Positions 50,056-63,959 are shown, counted from the stretch's first letter. The stretch is 64,000 bases of DNA from Octopus sinensis (GCF_006345805.1 NC_043014.1:41664001-41728000); one strand, 5' to 3'. A program made the numbers and translations. Notes: generated by a model from the letters alone, not told the origin.

Positions 50056-50242
50056 TTATTTCTTTATTGCCCACAAGGGGCTAAACACAGAGAGGACAAA
50101 CAAGGACAGATAAACGGATTAAGTCGATTACATCGACCCCAGTGCGTAACTGGTACTTAATTTATCGACCCCGAAAGGATGAAAGGCAAAGTCGACCTTG
50201 GTGGAATTTGAACCCAGAACGTAACGGCAGACGAAATACCGT
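50056..50242 (-). mobile_element. SINE A 5'-truncated at the GGTATTTCG site
   Basis: Similarity ends at GAAATACCG. Confidence 0.85.
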
Positions 50243-50300
50243 TATATACAAGTGAAGTATGATTATGTATATCAGAAAATATATATATATATATATAAGT

Positions 50301-50615
50301 GAGGGCGCGTGGCTTAGTGGTTAGGGCATTCGGCTCATGATCGTAAGGTTGTGAGTTCGATTCCCGGCGACGCGTTGTGTCCTTGAGCAAGACACTTTAT
50401 TTCACGTTGCTCCAGTCCACTCAGCTGGCAAAAATGAGTTGTACTTGTATTTCAAAGGGTCAGCCTTGTCACTCTCTGTGTCACGCTGATTATCCCCGAG
50501 AACTACGTTAAGGGTACACGTGTCTGGAATGCTCAGCCATTTGCACGTTAATTTCACGAGCAGCTGTTCCGTTGATCGTATCAGCTGGGACCCTCGTCGT
50601 CGTAACCGGCGAGTC
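50301..50615 (+). mobile_element. SINE family C (tRNA head + CORE-like block + tail 1)
   Basis: GGCGCGTGGCTTAGTGGTTAGGG..GTGTCCTTGAGCAAGACACTTT..; 3' half shared with family D. Confidence 0.88.
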
Positions 50616-51543
50616 TTTAATAAATATATTATACATATATACATACATATCTTTATTGCTGAAAAGAAAGAAACGCACAGTCTGAGAATTACCGGTTTAG
50701 GTAAATGTTTTTATCTTCATTTCACTTAATTTATCAAGCTTCTGTATTCCTAGCACGTATTTCGCCTTAATGTACTGATTATGAAAAATATATTCTTGGT
50801 TTAGTAATACCACGATTATAATTATTTTTATTTTATCGCAATTTGATTTTGTTATATATATACATATATATATAAGTCGAAACAATTTGTTGGCGTTTTA
50901 TGGTTTTTATAATTACTTATGTAATATTATATTATATTACGTGATATTATATTCATAGTAGTTAATGTAATATTGTAATATAAATAAATTATAGGATTGT
51001 CAATAGAATATCTCTATATTTAATTTACAGACGAAAGCATTTCGCCCATCGTGCTACCGTTTCTGCCAGTGCGCCGCCTTACAATCAAAGGAAGAAGCTT
51101 CTAGCAGCATCCTATTTTGTGGAGTAAAATTTAGGGATGAACTGTTTAGTTACAGGCCCTGACAAGATGATGGAAGTAGGAGTGGATCTTATAGGAGAAG
51201 GGACAGAGTCAGGTGGGATAGATAAGATGAGTTCAGTGTTCTAGCAGCAACAGCATTGAAATAATGTATGTAAGCGAACTGAGTAAGTTTGTTACTTATT
51301 AAATCATCTATAGCAATGGAAATCAAATTAATTATTTCTTTAGGGGTAACCAGATTTGAAGTTACTTAAATAATGATTGTTATTCGCACATTATAGAAGG
51401 GAAAATTTAGAGAATCGACAGAAATCATTAATGCAAAGTAAACAAGCAACAAGTACAGTTCTCCTTCACACGGAATTTCGTCTTTTTCTAAACCATGACC
51501 CTGAAGAGACTTATATATAAGAGAACTGCGATTATGTTATATC

Positions 51544-51596
<53 letters not shown>

Positions 51597-51599
<3 letters not shown>

Positions 51600-51792
51600 C
51601 GGGAGCTTTATGAAAATAAACAAAAGACGAAGGCAGGTGGAATACAAACAAACAATTGTATTAGTATGGCGCTCAGGAATATAAATAAAACAGTCTTTTA
51701 CGTTTCGAGCCTACGCTCTTCAACAGAAAGATAACACAGAAAAGAAACATGGAAAGAAACAAGGAGAGAGAAAAATGCGTGCAGAAGCTAGC

Positions 51793-51793
<1 letters not shown>
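51597..51793 (-). mobile_element. Solo Penelope terminal repeat with hammerhead-like motif (CUGUUGA)
   Basis: Close reverse-complement match to 32236-32430; embedded in (TA)n. Confidence 0.8.
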
Positions 51794-51826
<33 letters not shown>

Positions 51827-51831
<5 letters not shown>

Positions 51832-51985
51832 TAATCCAAACAGGAAAACACAACAACGCGAGGACGTGGAACAAGTATAGTATTATTGGACGCTCAGGAA
51901 AGAAGGAGGGTGTAACGTTTGGAGCTCTTCGTCAGAAACATAGGAAAAGGAAAGATCCAAAGAAGAGAAGACGGAGGAGAGATAC
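51827..51985 (-). mobile_element. Second Penelope-type terminal fragment with CUGACGA hammerhead core (stem II/GAAA damaged)
   Basis: On minus TTTCTGACGAAGAGCTCCAAACGTTAC followed by TTCCTGAGCGTCCAATAATAC, parallel to TTCCTGAGCGCCATACTAATAC in the other copies. Confidence 0.6.
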
Positions 51986-52147
51986 ATACATAAGTCGAAA
52001 CAATTTGTTGGATTTGTGGTTTTTATAATCATTTATGTTATAAATATTATGTTATGTTATATATTATATTCATAGTATTAATGCAATATTGTAATAAATA
52101 ATTATTGGAATGCCAATAGTATCTCTCTCTCTCAATATATTAATATA

Positions 52148-52224
<77 letters not shown>

Positions 52225-52524
52225 CACACACACAACACACACACACACACACACATATCAGAACCTTATTGTTTATGTTAATATCAGTGGCTTAGCATGC
52301 TTAAGTGGCGATGTATTGATTGATTTTATAAAAAACGAGAACCATTACAACTATCACTCCAAGATCAATATATTTGCGTAAATATGCTTCACTCAACAGG
52401 AATCTCCATCATTAACAAGACTAATAAATGTTCAGACTAGGCTAAAATCATTAAACTAAAACGCGTATAGATCTATTAAATGCCCGGCTGCATATCCTTG
52501 TCTCAAAATATTTATTTCGTGACT

Positions 52525-52915
52525 AGGAGTGGCTGTGTGGTAAGTAGCTTGTTACGAACCACATGGTTCCGGGTTCAGTCCCACTGTGTGGCACCTTGGG
52601 CAAGTGTCTTCTACTATAGCCTCGGGCCGACCAAAGCCTTGTGAGTGGATTTGGTAGACGGAAACTGAAAGAAGCCCGTCGTATATATGTATATATATAT
52701 ATGTGTGCGTGTATGCTTGTGTTTGTTCCCCCTAGCATCGCTTGACAACCGATACTTATGTGTTTATGTCCCCGTCACTTAGCGGTTCGGCAAAAGAGAC
52801 CGATAGAATAAGTACTGGGCTTACAAAGAATAAGTCCCGGGGTCTATTTGCTCGACTAAAGGCAGTGCTCCAGCATGGCCGCAGTCAAATGACTGAGAAG
52901 GAAAAGAGAAAGAGT
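52525..52915 (+). mobile_element. SINE family B
   Basis: Near-consensus copy. Confidence 0.9.
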
Positions 52916-52927
52916 ATATATAATAGA

Positions 52928-52973
<46 letters not shown>

Positions 52974-53071
52974 TAGATAGATTAGATAGATAGATAGATA
53001 GATAGAGATAGATTAGATAGATAGATAGATAACTAGATCTCTGAGCAAGATGTAAACAGTAGCAGCACTGA

Positions 53072-53330
53072 ATCGTGAAGTATATTTAACACCTAAATGT
53101 GGCAGACCCTTCGGGGACGATGCTACTGTTGTTCACAGTCCCAGGAAGATATCTCCTCAGATGGCTAACGACACATCATCAGTGTCCGATTAGTATTTGC
53201 GAAGGGAAATCATCGTTAGAAAGTGTGTCATTCGCCAGCTGGAGGCGATGAGTCTTCCTGGGGCAATAAACAACAGTAGTATCGTCCTCTATGTGTCCGA
53301 CACATATAGGTGGTAAATATACTTCGCGAT
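53072..53330. mobile_element. Palindromic MITE-like element (about 100-bp imperfect arms)
   Basis: ATCGTGAAGTATATTTAACACCTA / TAGGTGGTAAATATACTTCGCGAT; GGACGATGCTACTGTTGTT / AACAACAGTAGTATCGTCC; CCCAGGAAGA / TCTTCCTGGG. Confidence 0.75.
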
Positions 53331-53561
53331 ATATACATCATTGCTAAACCTCGCTAAGATAAATATTTCAATTACCTGAAGATTGACTGTAACCATAACT
53401 CGAATTATTACGAATTCGACAGCCATGAAACGATCGTAGTGTTTTACTCATTATCTTTTATTAAATATTTGAAATAATATAATTAATTAATTTTATGTAT
53501 TGGCTTAAGTTTTTCATTGTTTAATTTGCCTAATAGTGGTTTTATCTCTAATTTAATATTA

Positions 53562-53604
<43 letters not shown>

Positions 53605-53887
53605 TATATATATATTAATTATAAAGTTAGAAATGATATAATCAATGAAAACCAGTGGCTTCGCATATTAAGAAAAATCGGAAGATTAAAAAATTGTTAC
53701 ACACAAAGACCACTAAAGTGGACATCCTATATGCTAAATATAGACGTCAAACCGTCATTAATTTTACATATATATAGATGAAGTCACCTGCACCAGGTAC
53801 ACTGCAGTGCGAATGAAATCTAAACCATGTGATTGCAAAGCGAACATCTTAACCATACAGCCACGTCTTGGCCTATTTGTTGCGAAT

Positions 53888-54472
53888 ATTCTTTTCTACT
53901 CTAGGCACTATGCCCGAAATTTTCGGGGAGGTAGCCAGTTGATTAGATTGACCTCAGTACGAAAGTAGTACGTAATTTATTGACCCCGAAAGGATGAAAG
54001 GCAAAGTAAAATTTTTTTTTGTTCTTTATCTATGCGCAAGGAAAATCTTAAGGCTTTATGTCAGGTGACTGTTTATTCTTTTCTACTCTAGGTACAAGGC
54101 CCGAAATTTTTGCGGAGGAGGCCAGTTTAGTAGATCGACCCCATTATGCGACTGGTACTTAATTTATCGACCGTGAAAGGATAAAAGCAAAGTCGACCTC
54201 GGTGGAATTTGAACTCAGAACGTAACCGCAGATGAAATACCTATTTCTTTACTACACACAAGGGGCTAAACACAGAAGTGAAAAACAAGGACAGACATAG
54301 GTATTAAGTCGATTACATCGACCCCAGTGCGTAACTGGTACTTAATTTATCGACCTCGAAAGGATGAAAGGCAAAGTCGATCTCGGTGGAATTTGAACTC
54401 AGAACGTAGCGGCAGGCGAAATACCGATAAGCATTTCGCCCGGCGTGCTAACGTTTCTGCCAGCTCGCCACC
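53888..54472 (-). mobile_element. SINE A dimer (head-body-tailA-body-tailB, 54074-54472) plus a partial tail-B copy (53888-54008)
   Basis: Junction GAAATACC|TATTTCTTT at about 54241. Confidence 0.88.
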
Positions 54473-54914
54473 AATATTTGTTGGGAATATTACTAGCAAT
54501 GACAGTTGCCTTCTGAAGTAGGTTAAGAAAATAATGAATTGAGGATTACTGTTCAAACATATCAGTGATTTTATAGAGTTGTTTTGCAAGGTTGTAGGAT
54601 TGAAATGACGTTGCGGTTCCCATGTTTTCAAGCTTTATGTGAAGAGAAGCCTGACCTCTATGTGATCCTGTTTGTTGCTTTCAGAAGATCATATTTCTAT
54701 GATGTGGATATCTTGTTGATGTCGGAATATTTTGAAAGCTATTTGTTAAGGGATTATTAAAGAAACTGTGTTAGACACTTGAAAAGGAAAAAAAAATCGC
54801 GTAAACATCTGCAACATCAAATAAAAAAAAAAAAATGCCGCTATCGATTATTAAGTCTGAAAATCATACCTTCAGTTATGAGTTCGATTATATTGATTTC
54901 GTTTTTAAACAATT

Positions 54915-55343
54915 CTTTTACTCTTTTACTCTTTTATTTGTTTCAGTCATCTGACTGTGGCCATGCTGGAGCACCGTCTTTAGTCGAGCAAATCGACACC
55001 TGGACTCATACTTTGTAAGCCTAGTACTTATTCTATCGGTGTGTTTTGCCGAACCGCTAAGTTACGGGGACGTAAACACACCAGCATCGGTTGTCAATCG
55101 ATGTTGGGGTACAAAGGCAGACACACAAACATATACACACACATACATATATACATATATACATATATACGACGGACTTCTTTCAGTTTCCCTCTACCAA
55201 ATCCACTCACAAGTTTCCTCTACCAAATCCTCGGCCCGAGGCTATAGCAGAAGACACTTGCCCAAGGTGCCACGCAGACGGACTGAACCCGGAACCATGT
55301 AGTTCGTAAGCAAGCTACTTACCACATAGCCACTCCTGCGCCT
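54915..55343 (-). mobile_element. SINE family B with a small internal duplication
   Basis: Reverse-complement match; TCTACCAAATCC occurs twice. Confidence 0.88.
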
Positions 55344-56182
55344 ACATACTTCACTTTATCTAACAAACATGCTCAATGACAGAAATAACGCTTACAAAAC
55401 CGGAATTATAATTAATTCCCTTCCTCTTAATGACCTTCAAGACTAGTATGAGTGTTAAATGAATCAAAATATCTGGATTAACGCTTACCTACGCAGGACA
55501 GTACGACCAGATAGAAGCGATGGCACCCTAAGTACGACCAGATAGAACTTATAGCACCTAACACGGGCATAGCAGAACTTCCACCTAAAGAGTTCTTAAT
55601 TATGAAAATAGATCCACAATTAGCTATTTAAATTGTGTTATTAAGTATAAGTATGAGTATATCACATGCACACATGTAGCTCAGGAGGAAGTCATCTGAA
55701 CATGTCAGCCTCCCTACTGGTAATGTTGGTAATACATGTGTACAAGATTAAGCAATTACTACAAAAAAAATCCGCATATTTAAAATTCTAAACGTAACAT
55801 AGTAACTGTATCAAAAGTGAAATGGTTTTATTTAATCCTGTTTATAATTTAATCTCAACAAATTTTATGCTAAACTGTTAGATTACAAAACCAAAATCTA
55901 GCAGAGTGTGTTCAGACTGTCTGTCTCTGTCTCTCTCTCTCCCCCTCTCCCTCTTTCTCACTCCTCTCTCTCTCAGTCTCTCTCTCTGTGAGTACCAGGG
56001 TGTCTGAGTCGTGCTGAGAAAATGCATGTAAGTATAAAATAACTTTAAGTTGATTCAACTCATTCAATAGCTGCTTCATGAACTGACAAACTTCAACTTA
56101 TATTCTCCATCAATAATCAAAATTCGCTAAAGAGAAATTCCTAATTAATGCCGTGTGTTTAACGAAAATAAACATATTGACG

Positions 56183-56270
<88 letters not shown>

Positions 56271-56273
<3 letters not shown>

Positions 56274-56647
56274 GAAGCACTCGTCGGTTACGACGATGAG
56301 GGTTCAGGTTGATCCGAATCAACGGAACAGCCTGCTTTGAAATTAACGTGTAAGTGGCTGAGCACTCCACAGACACGTGTACCCTTAACGTAGTTCTCGG
56401 GGATATTCAGCGTGACACAGAGAGTGACAAGACTGGCCACTTGAAATACAGGTACAACAGAAACAGGAAGTAAGAGTGAGAGAAAGTTGTGGTGAAAGAG
56501 TACAGCAGGGATCACCACCACCACCTGCCTAGCCTCGTGGAGCTTTTAGGTGTTTTCGCTCAATAAACACTCACCCGGTCTGGGAATCGAAACCGCGATC
56601 CTATGACCGTGTGTCCGCTGCCCTAACCACTGGGTCATTGCGCCTCC

Positions 56648-56650
<3 letters not shown>
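56271..56650 (-). mobile_element. SINE family D inserted in (TA)n
   Basis: Match to the 44893 copy; (TA)n on both sides. Confidence 0.9.
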
Positions 56651-56700
<50 letters not shown>

Positions 56701-56939
56701 TATATATTATATTTATATATATATATATATATATATGCACGCACGCACGCACGCACACACACGCATAGATAATTTGATAGACAGACAGACAGATAGGTAG
56801 TTAGATCGATTCCATGTTCTTGTCTCTCATTGATTGACGGTCTTTATGATATGTGCTAGCCCTCCTTTCAGCGCTTAGTACCATTTGTGATGAAGCAACG
56901 CTGAGTGTTTCGTACGATTAAAAGTAAGAGATGCAACCA

Positions 56940-57470
56940 GGACACAAGGCCAGCCAGCTTGGAGGCAGGTCGATTACATTGTCCCAAGTTTTCAACTGGT
57001 ACGAGGTACGTTCAATAAGTAATGCCCCTGACTCACTTGCGTTCGTTTGATGTAGCTGAAATTTTGCATGTGCAATTATTTATATCTCTATAGATTAAGT
57101 GGCAAATTACAGTTCTGAACTAATTGTGGTTTCTGATTTACAGGTGTTTGAACTGAGTCAAGTGTGAAATGGAGCCTTCAGAGCTGCATCAAACAATGGG
57201 AGAAATGCGTAACACTGGGTGGTTCCTATGTAGAAAAAGACTAATAACTATGCCAAGTTTCGTTGCTCTACCGCTATGGGAAGTGGGTCAGGAGCATTAC
57301 TTATTGAACGCCCCTCGTACTTATTTTATCGACACCGAAAGTATGAAAGGCAAAATCAACCTCAGCAGAATTTGAACTCAGGACATAAATATAATAAAAC
57401 AAAACCAGACGAAATGCAGTTAGGCATTTTGTCCGCGACGTACCAACGGTTCTGCCAGTTACCCGCATTA
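56940..57470 (-). mobile_element. Old SINE A copy split by a mariner MITE
   Basis: CAACTGGTA | CTTATTTTATCGAC rejoin across the insertion. Confidence 0.7.
57002..57317 (+). mobile_element. Internally deleted mariner element
   Basis: TIRs CGAGGTACGTTCAATAAGTAATGCCCCTGAC / GTCAGGAGCATTACTTATTGAACGCCCCTCG; TA TSD; residual QWEKCVTLGGSYVEK C-terminus. Confidence 0.9.
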
Positions 57471-57495
57471 ACCTGATGGTGATATTATCGCGCTG

Positions 57496-57879
57496 AAGGT
57501 CGCTGAGCTGGCAGAATCGTTAGCACGCCGGGCGAAATGCCGAGCGGTATTTCGTCTGCCGTTACGTTGTGAGTTCAAATTCCGCCGAGTCGACTTTGCC
57601 TTTCATCCTTTCGGGGTCGATATAATCGACTTAATCCGTTTGTGTGTCCTTGTTTGTCCTCTCTATGTTTAGCCCTTGTGGGTAGTAAAGAAATAGGTAT
57701 TTCGTCTGCCGTTACGTTTTGAGTTCAAATTCCGTCGAGATCGACTTTGCCTTTCATCCTTTCTGGGTCGATTAAATAAGTACCAGTAACGCACTGGGGC
57801 CGATATAATCAACTTAATCTCTTTGTCTCTCTTTCTTTGTCTCCTTATGTTTAGCCCCCTGTGGGCAATAAAGAAATAC
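57496..57879 (+). mobile_element. SINE A dimer (tailA-tailA)
   Basis: Junction AAAGAAATA|GGTATTTCG at about 57695. Confidence 0.88.
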
Positions 57880-58530
57880 ATATTACCTCGCTGAGTGCAT
57901 TCATTCCTACATTTTAGATATGTACGTATGTATGTATGTATGTATGTATGTATGCATGTATGTATGTATGTATGTATGTATGTATGCATGTATGTATGTA
58001 TGTATGTTTGCATGCATGCATGTATGTATGTATGTATGTATGTTTGCATGCATGCATGTATCTATGTATTTATATCTATGTTGTGTATGCGTGTATGTGT
58101 GAGTGTGTGTTATTTTCATCGTATAACTTATATGATTAATTAATATTCCAGAGGTTTTCAAATTGAATGAACGTAATAGCCTATCGTCAGAGAAATACAT
58201 GAAATCCTTAAATATAAGCTTCGGCATAACTCAGTGTCGATTAGAAAAAAAAAAATTTTTAAATAAAAATAACGTTGATTATGAAGAATAGAAAGTGGAT
58301 ATAAAGATACAAGAAGCAATCAATTCGAAGAGAAGAAATATGAATCGGTTATTTAATTCCATTTAATTCAAATTATTCCAATTATTAATTTAGTTAACAT
58401 CTAAGAAGTATTCGTTATCAATGTTAGATTTTAACATGCGTTTGTATGCGCGTCTATGTGCATGCGTCTGTATGCATACACACACACACGCACACACAGA
58501 CACACATACTTATAATATATATGTAAGTCA

Positions 58531-58854
58531 GGAGCACTCCGTCGGTTACGGTGACGAGGGTCCTAGCTGATAGATCAACGGAACAGCCTGCTCGTGAAAT
58601 TAACGTGCAAGTGACTGAGCAATCCACAGACTAGTGTATCCCTAACGTAGTTTTTATGGAGATTCAGCGTGACACAGAGTGTGACAACGCTAGCCCCTTG
58701 AAATACAGGTACAACTCATTTTTGCCAGCTGAGTGGACTGGAGCAACGGGAAAAAAAGTGTCTCGCTCAAGGACACAGCGCGTCGCCGGGAATCGAACTC
58801 ATGACCCTACAATCGCGAGCCGAATGCCCTAACCACTAAGCCACGCGTCTTCAC
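58531..58854 (-). mobile_element. SINE family C
   Basis: TSD ATATATGTAAGT (58517-58528, 58855-58866). Confidence 0.88.
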
Positions 58855-58930
58855 ATATATGTAAGTATATGCATACAGATTGATAGATAGATAGATAATA
58901 GATAGATAGATAGATTGACAGATAGATAAG

Positions 58931-59025
58931 AGAAATAAGAAACGTTAGCACGCCGGGCGAAATGCTTAGCAGTATTTCGTCTACCGCTACATTCTGAGTT
59001 CACATTCTGCCGAGGTCGACTTTCA
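58931..59025 (+). mobile_element. SINE A fragment starting at the AGAAACGTTAGCAC junction
   Basis: AGAAATA|AGAAACGTTAGCACGCC. Confidence 0.75.
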
Positions 59026-59344
59026 TAAAGTCAGATCGCTGGCATAAAATTGAAGATAGAGACGAAAAAAGAACGATTTCTAGCTTATAAGATAAATTCT
59101 TGATTCACTGAAATTCTCATCGCATCCAGAGAACGTAAACACACGCAAGGTGGCAACTGCAAACGAGTCTGACTATAGAAAATAATTGGAGAATGAGAAT
59201 TCTCCGGGATTGACATCACATTAAGGACAAGACAACCTTACTTTGTTTTAGAGACAAGAACACAGCTATAGTTAAGTGTTTCTGCCTCAGGAAGCATCAT
59301 CGGCACAGCAGTTGTTCTATATTAACTATATGTATAGCTACTGG

Positions 59345-59589
59345 TCTGTCGTCCTTGTTTGTCTCCTCTGTGTTTAGTCCCTTGTGGGTAGTAAAGAAAT
59401 TGGTATTTCGTCTGTCGTTACATTGTGAGTTCAAATTCCACCGAGGTCGACTTTGCCTGTATTCCTTTCGGGGTCGATAAATTAAGAACCAGTTTCGCAC
59501 TGGGGGTCGATGTAATCGACTTAATCCCATTTTGTCTGTCCTTGTTTGTCCCCTCTATGTTTAGCCCCTTGTGGGCAATAAAGAAATAT
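59345..59589 (+). mobile_element. SINE A tailA-body-tailA fragment
   Basis: AAAGAAATT|GGTATTTCG junction. Confidence 0.85.
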
Positions 59590-59714
59590 ATATATATGCT
59601 TGCGCGCACACACGAACACACACGTGTATGTTCAGCCAGTATAACACTCATACAATCCATTCTATTGTCTGCCTTTCTTTATCATCTATTCCTCTTTTCC
59701 TGCTTATCTGCACA

Positions 59715-59792
<78 letters not shown>

Positions 59793-60426
59793 CCCACACA
59801 CACACACACACACCCAGGCACATATATTACACAGTAGAGTCAGTATATATTCCTTTTTTTATAGTGTATCAACACACTGTCAGCCCTGATCGAGCATACT
59901 TAAATCCAAAGGGATTAACACCATTATTATCCCGTTGGTTTTCCAAGAATTTCCGAACTACATGATCCGATATGTCTCAACGAACCGAAAGTTGTTTAGA
60001 CTGCTATTTCTAGCAGGCCGGTCAATTGTGCTTACGCTCCCTCTTGGGCTTGGATTTATTTCTATTAAAAGGCAGAACTAAATGTATTTATTTATTCAAT
60101 GAATCACCGCATAACATTCTTTACTCTTCATGCATTTCTCTTCATCCCTTCATTTGTATTGTTCTCTGTCCTTCATTCGTTCCATCAATCATATTTCTCC
60201 TTTCCAGAGTTCTTTCTTCTCTCTATTCCTGTCTTTGCTTTATTCTCTCTACATCTTGTTCATCCTTTCTTTCTTCTGTCTATCCATGCCTTCCCTTATT
60301 TGTTGCTTGTTATTGTTTCCAGCTTATTAATGAATATGCAAATACTTGCATGCTTTTATTAATGTCTTACATAAAAACAATTTACATTTAATTAACGCCC
60401 GTACCTGCTTGCCTGCTCTTCAACAC

Positions 60427-61398
<972 letters not shown>

Positions 61399-61687
61399 TT
61401 CTCTATCTATCTATCTATTATTTACACATACATACATACATAATAAATACGTACATTCATACATACATATATAACACACAAGATTTTGTAACTAGTGAAT
61501 TTACATGCGTGTGTGTGTGTGTGTACATACATACATCATACACACATGCACACATATATAGATGTGTATGCGTGTATTAGTGTATATACGTATTTGACTA
61601 TGTCCATATATTCTCTCAGTGGGAATGCGTCCGTTTACTTTTATCCTTGAACTTGTAGTTATAGACTTGTGCATGGATTTTCATATA

Positions 61688-61920
61688 TATTTCTTTACTA
61701 CCCACAAGAGGCTAAACACAGAGGGGACAAACAAGGACAGACAAAGGGATTAAGTCGATTACATCGACCCCAGTGCGTAACCGGTACTTAATTTATCGAC
61801 CCCGAAAGGATGAAAAGCAAAGTCGACCTCGGCGGAATTTGAACTCACAACGTAACGGCAGACGAAATGCGGCTACGCCTTTCGCCCGGCGTGCTAACGT
61901 TTCTGCCAGCTCGCCGCCTT
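61688..61920 (-). mobile_element. SINE family A monomer
   Basis: Near-consensus reverse-complement copy. Confidence 0.9.
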
Positions 61921-62112
61921 TTAGTGTGTATACGTATATGATTATGGGCATATATTCTGTGAACGGGAATGCGTCTGTTTACATTTATCCTTGAACGGGT
62001 GGTTGTAGACTTGTGCATGGGTTTTCATATATTCGTATATACTCCATATGTGTGTACATGCATGGCTGTGCGACGGTTTACTTGATGTTGCCCGTGTGCA
62101 TGTACGTGTATG

Positions 62113-62153
<41 letters not shown>

Positions 62154-62277
62154 TGTGCATCTGTCTAAACTAGGGATTTTCAACGTTTTGTACCATGCTG
62201 GTCTCTTTCACCGAATGGTGTCGTAGAAGTGATCCCTCCCAGTGATTTACAAGATGAATTTTAAAATAAATAAGCAT

Positions 62278-62428
62278 AGGCGCAGGTGTGGCTGTGTGGT
62301 AAAAAGCTTACTTCGCAGCCACATGTTTCCGGGTTCAGCCCAACTGAGTGGCACATTGGCCAAGTGTCTTCTACTATAGCTGCGGGCCGACCAAAGTCTT
62401 GTGAGTGGATTTTGTAGACAGAAACTGT
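62278..62428 (+). mobile_element. SINE B 5' half
   Basis: Family B head. Confidence 0.85.
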
Positions 62429-62499
62429 CTAGTACGGAGGGTTTTTTTGTCGGTGAATAGACAGTCTGTTTCTTAGAGTAAGCGTTATTTGACCTATGC

Positions 62500-63050
62500 A
62501 ATCTTTATTACATCCTTGACATTTGATAACTTATATTAAATTGCTTGAAGAACCTATAAAGTGAATTTTAACGGTAAAAGTCTGTCCTGATTTGAATCTT
62601 CATGTTGTGTCTTCAATAAGTTTGATGCAGGTCTCACTATTGGAGCGGCCACATTTTTTGACTGTTAGTGTATGAATTGTGAAAGGTAATTTAACATTTG
62701 TGGGAATACTTTTAGGGACTTTGATTGTATTTTACTTTTGATCATTTTGTGTATTTCAAAAGCTTGTTTCATTCTTGGGTCTTGTTTTAGTAGTGCGATG
62801 TTCTGATGGATAATATTGTAAATCTCTGTGTTTCTTGTGTTATGTATTGTAATAAGGGGTATATTAATGGATTATCTGGAGCGTTTTTCGTTTTTCGTAG
62901 TTCTTCGATATTGGCACGTTCGACTCCGTTGTCCATTAGCATTAATGGATAATATCTTTTAAGTAGTACTTGTTTTACTTCTCGGAGACTTTTATTGCGA
63001 CTTTCAGGGTTTGATACAGTTGTGCAGATTCTACTTGTAAGATTGAAGAT
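62500..63050 (-). pseudogene. Decayed Penelope-like RT thumb / GIY-YIG fragment
   Basis: On minus FNLTSRICTTVS..LREVKQVLLKRYYP..IPLITIHNTRN..LKQDPRMK..VKKCGRSNSETC..SSSNLI*VIKCQGCNK. Confidence 0.75.
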
Positions 63051-63117
63051 ACACCATATAAATTCAAATCAAGGCAGACTTTTACCGTTAAAAATCACTT
63101 TACATGTTCTTCTAGCA

Positions 63118-63460
63118 TTCTGTGCCTGACTGCTGCCACTAACAATGATTCCCTAATCTCGGGGCGTTCACTGCCAATTCTTACTCTGGCGACGCGTTTG
63201 TCACAGTAAGTCGGCAGAAATACCCATTCCTGTGTCCTTATCGGCACAATCGAATGGTTTATTGCGTCTTCTTCGTTGCCAAACCTTACTTCCACGCGTA
63301 TAAAATGTGGTCAGCATTTTTACGTTCTCAAGGCACTCCTCTATTGCCTCTATTGGAGCAACCTCTATCTTTTTAGAGGACGTGAATAGCGTTCTGCGCA
63401 CCACTGTCCTCTTCGTTACATTGTTAGTCAAATCTTGCGGTGGAGTCAGCCTCAAGCTGG
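63118..63460 (-). pseudogene. Frameshifted non-LTR (Tx1/L1-like) ORF1-like fragment
   Basis: Two overlapping frames ..VEVRFGNEEDAINHSIVPI..RVARVRIGSERPEIRESLLVAA resemble RRM-like ORF1 regions; family assignment is tentative. Confidence 0.4.
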
Positions 63461-63746
63461 CTTTTCCCTTTCTATTAATTTACTGCCCTCCTTCCACTTT
63501 CTGGGCTCTATCTTAATTTCTCATACTTCCAGGGCGTTGGTAGATACTCCTTTAATCGTGGCTGATGCATAGCTTCCAGCTGGTACATTTTCCAGCTCTC
63601 CTCTCTTCTCCACTTCACCCATAAACCCTCGTTCCTGTAGAACCCAAAGCTATGAGATCATTTCCTGAGATAATGGAAAGTGAAGAATTTCACATGCTTG
63701 TCAACATTTGTTCAAATATTGCTTTCCATGAGGACACCGAAAAGCT

Positions 63747-63911
63747 AGGCGTAGGAGTGGCTGTGTGGTAAGTAGCTTGCTTACAAACCACATGGTTCCG
63801 GGTTCAGCCCCACTGCGTGGCACCTTGGGCAAGTGTCTTCTACTATAGCCTTGGGCCAACCAAAGCCTTGTGAGTGGATTTGGTAGACGTAAACTGAAAG
63901 ACACCCGTCGT
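63747..63911 (+). mobile_element. SINE B 5' half
   Basis: Near-consensus head followed by (CA)n/(TA)n. Confidence 0.88.

Positions 63912-63959
<48 letters not shown>

Noticed and set aside
50873-52130. Duplicate of about 140 bp (50873 and 51991)
   Set aside because: AT-rich ordinary local duplication with no informative structure.
54475-54778. Possible decayed LINE 3' coding remnant on minus
   Set aside because: Only a weak LLQKAT resemblance with stops; not supportable.
16677-57317. Autonomous transposase or Fanzor/TnpB cargo in the DNA elements
   Set aside because: All elements are under 700 bp and no RuvC-like or complete DDE ORF is visible.
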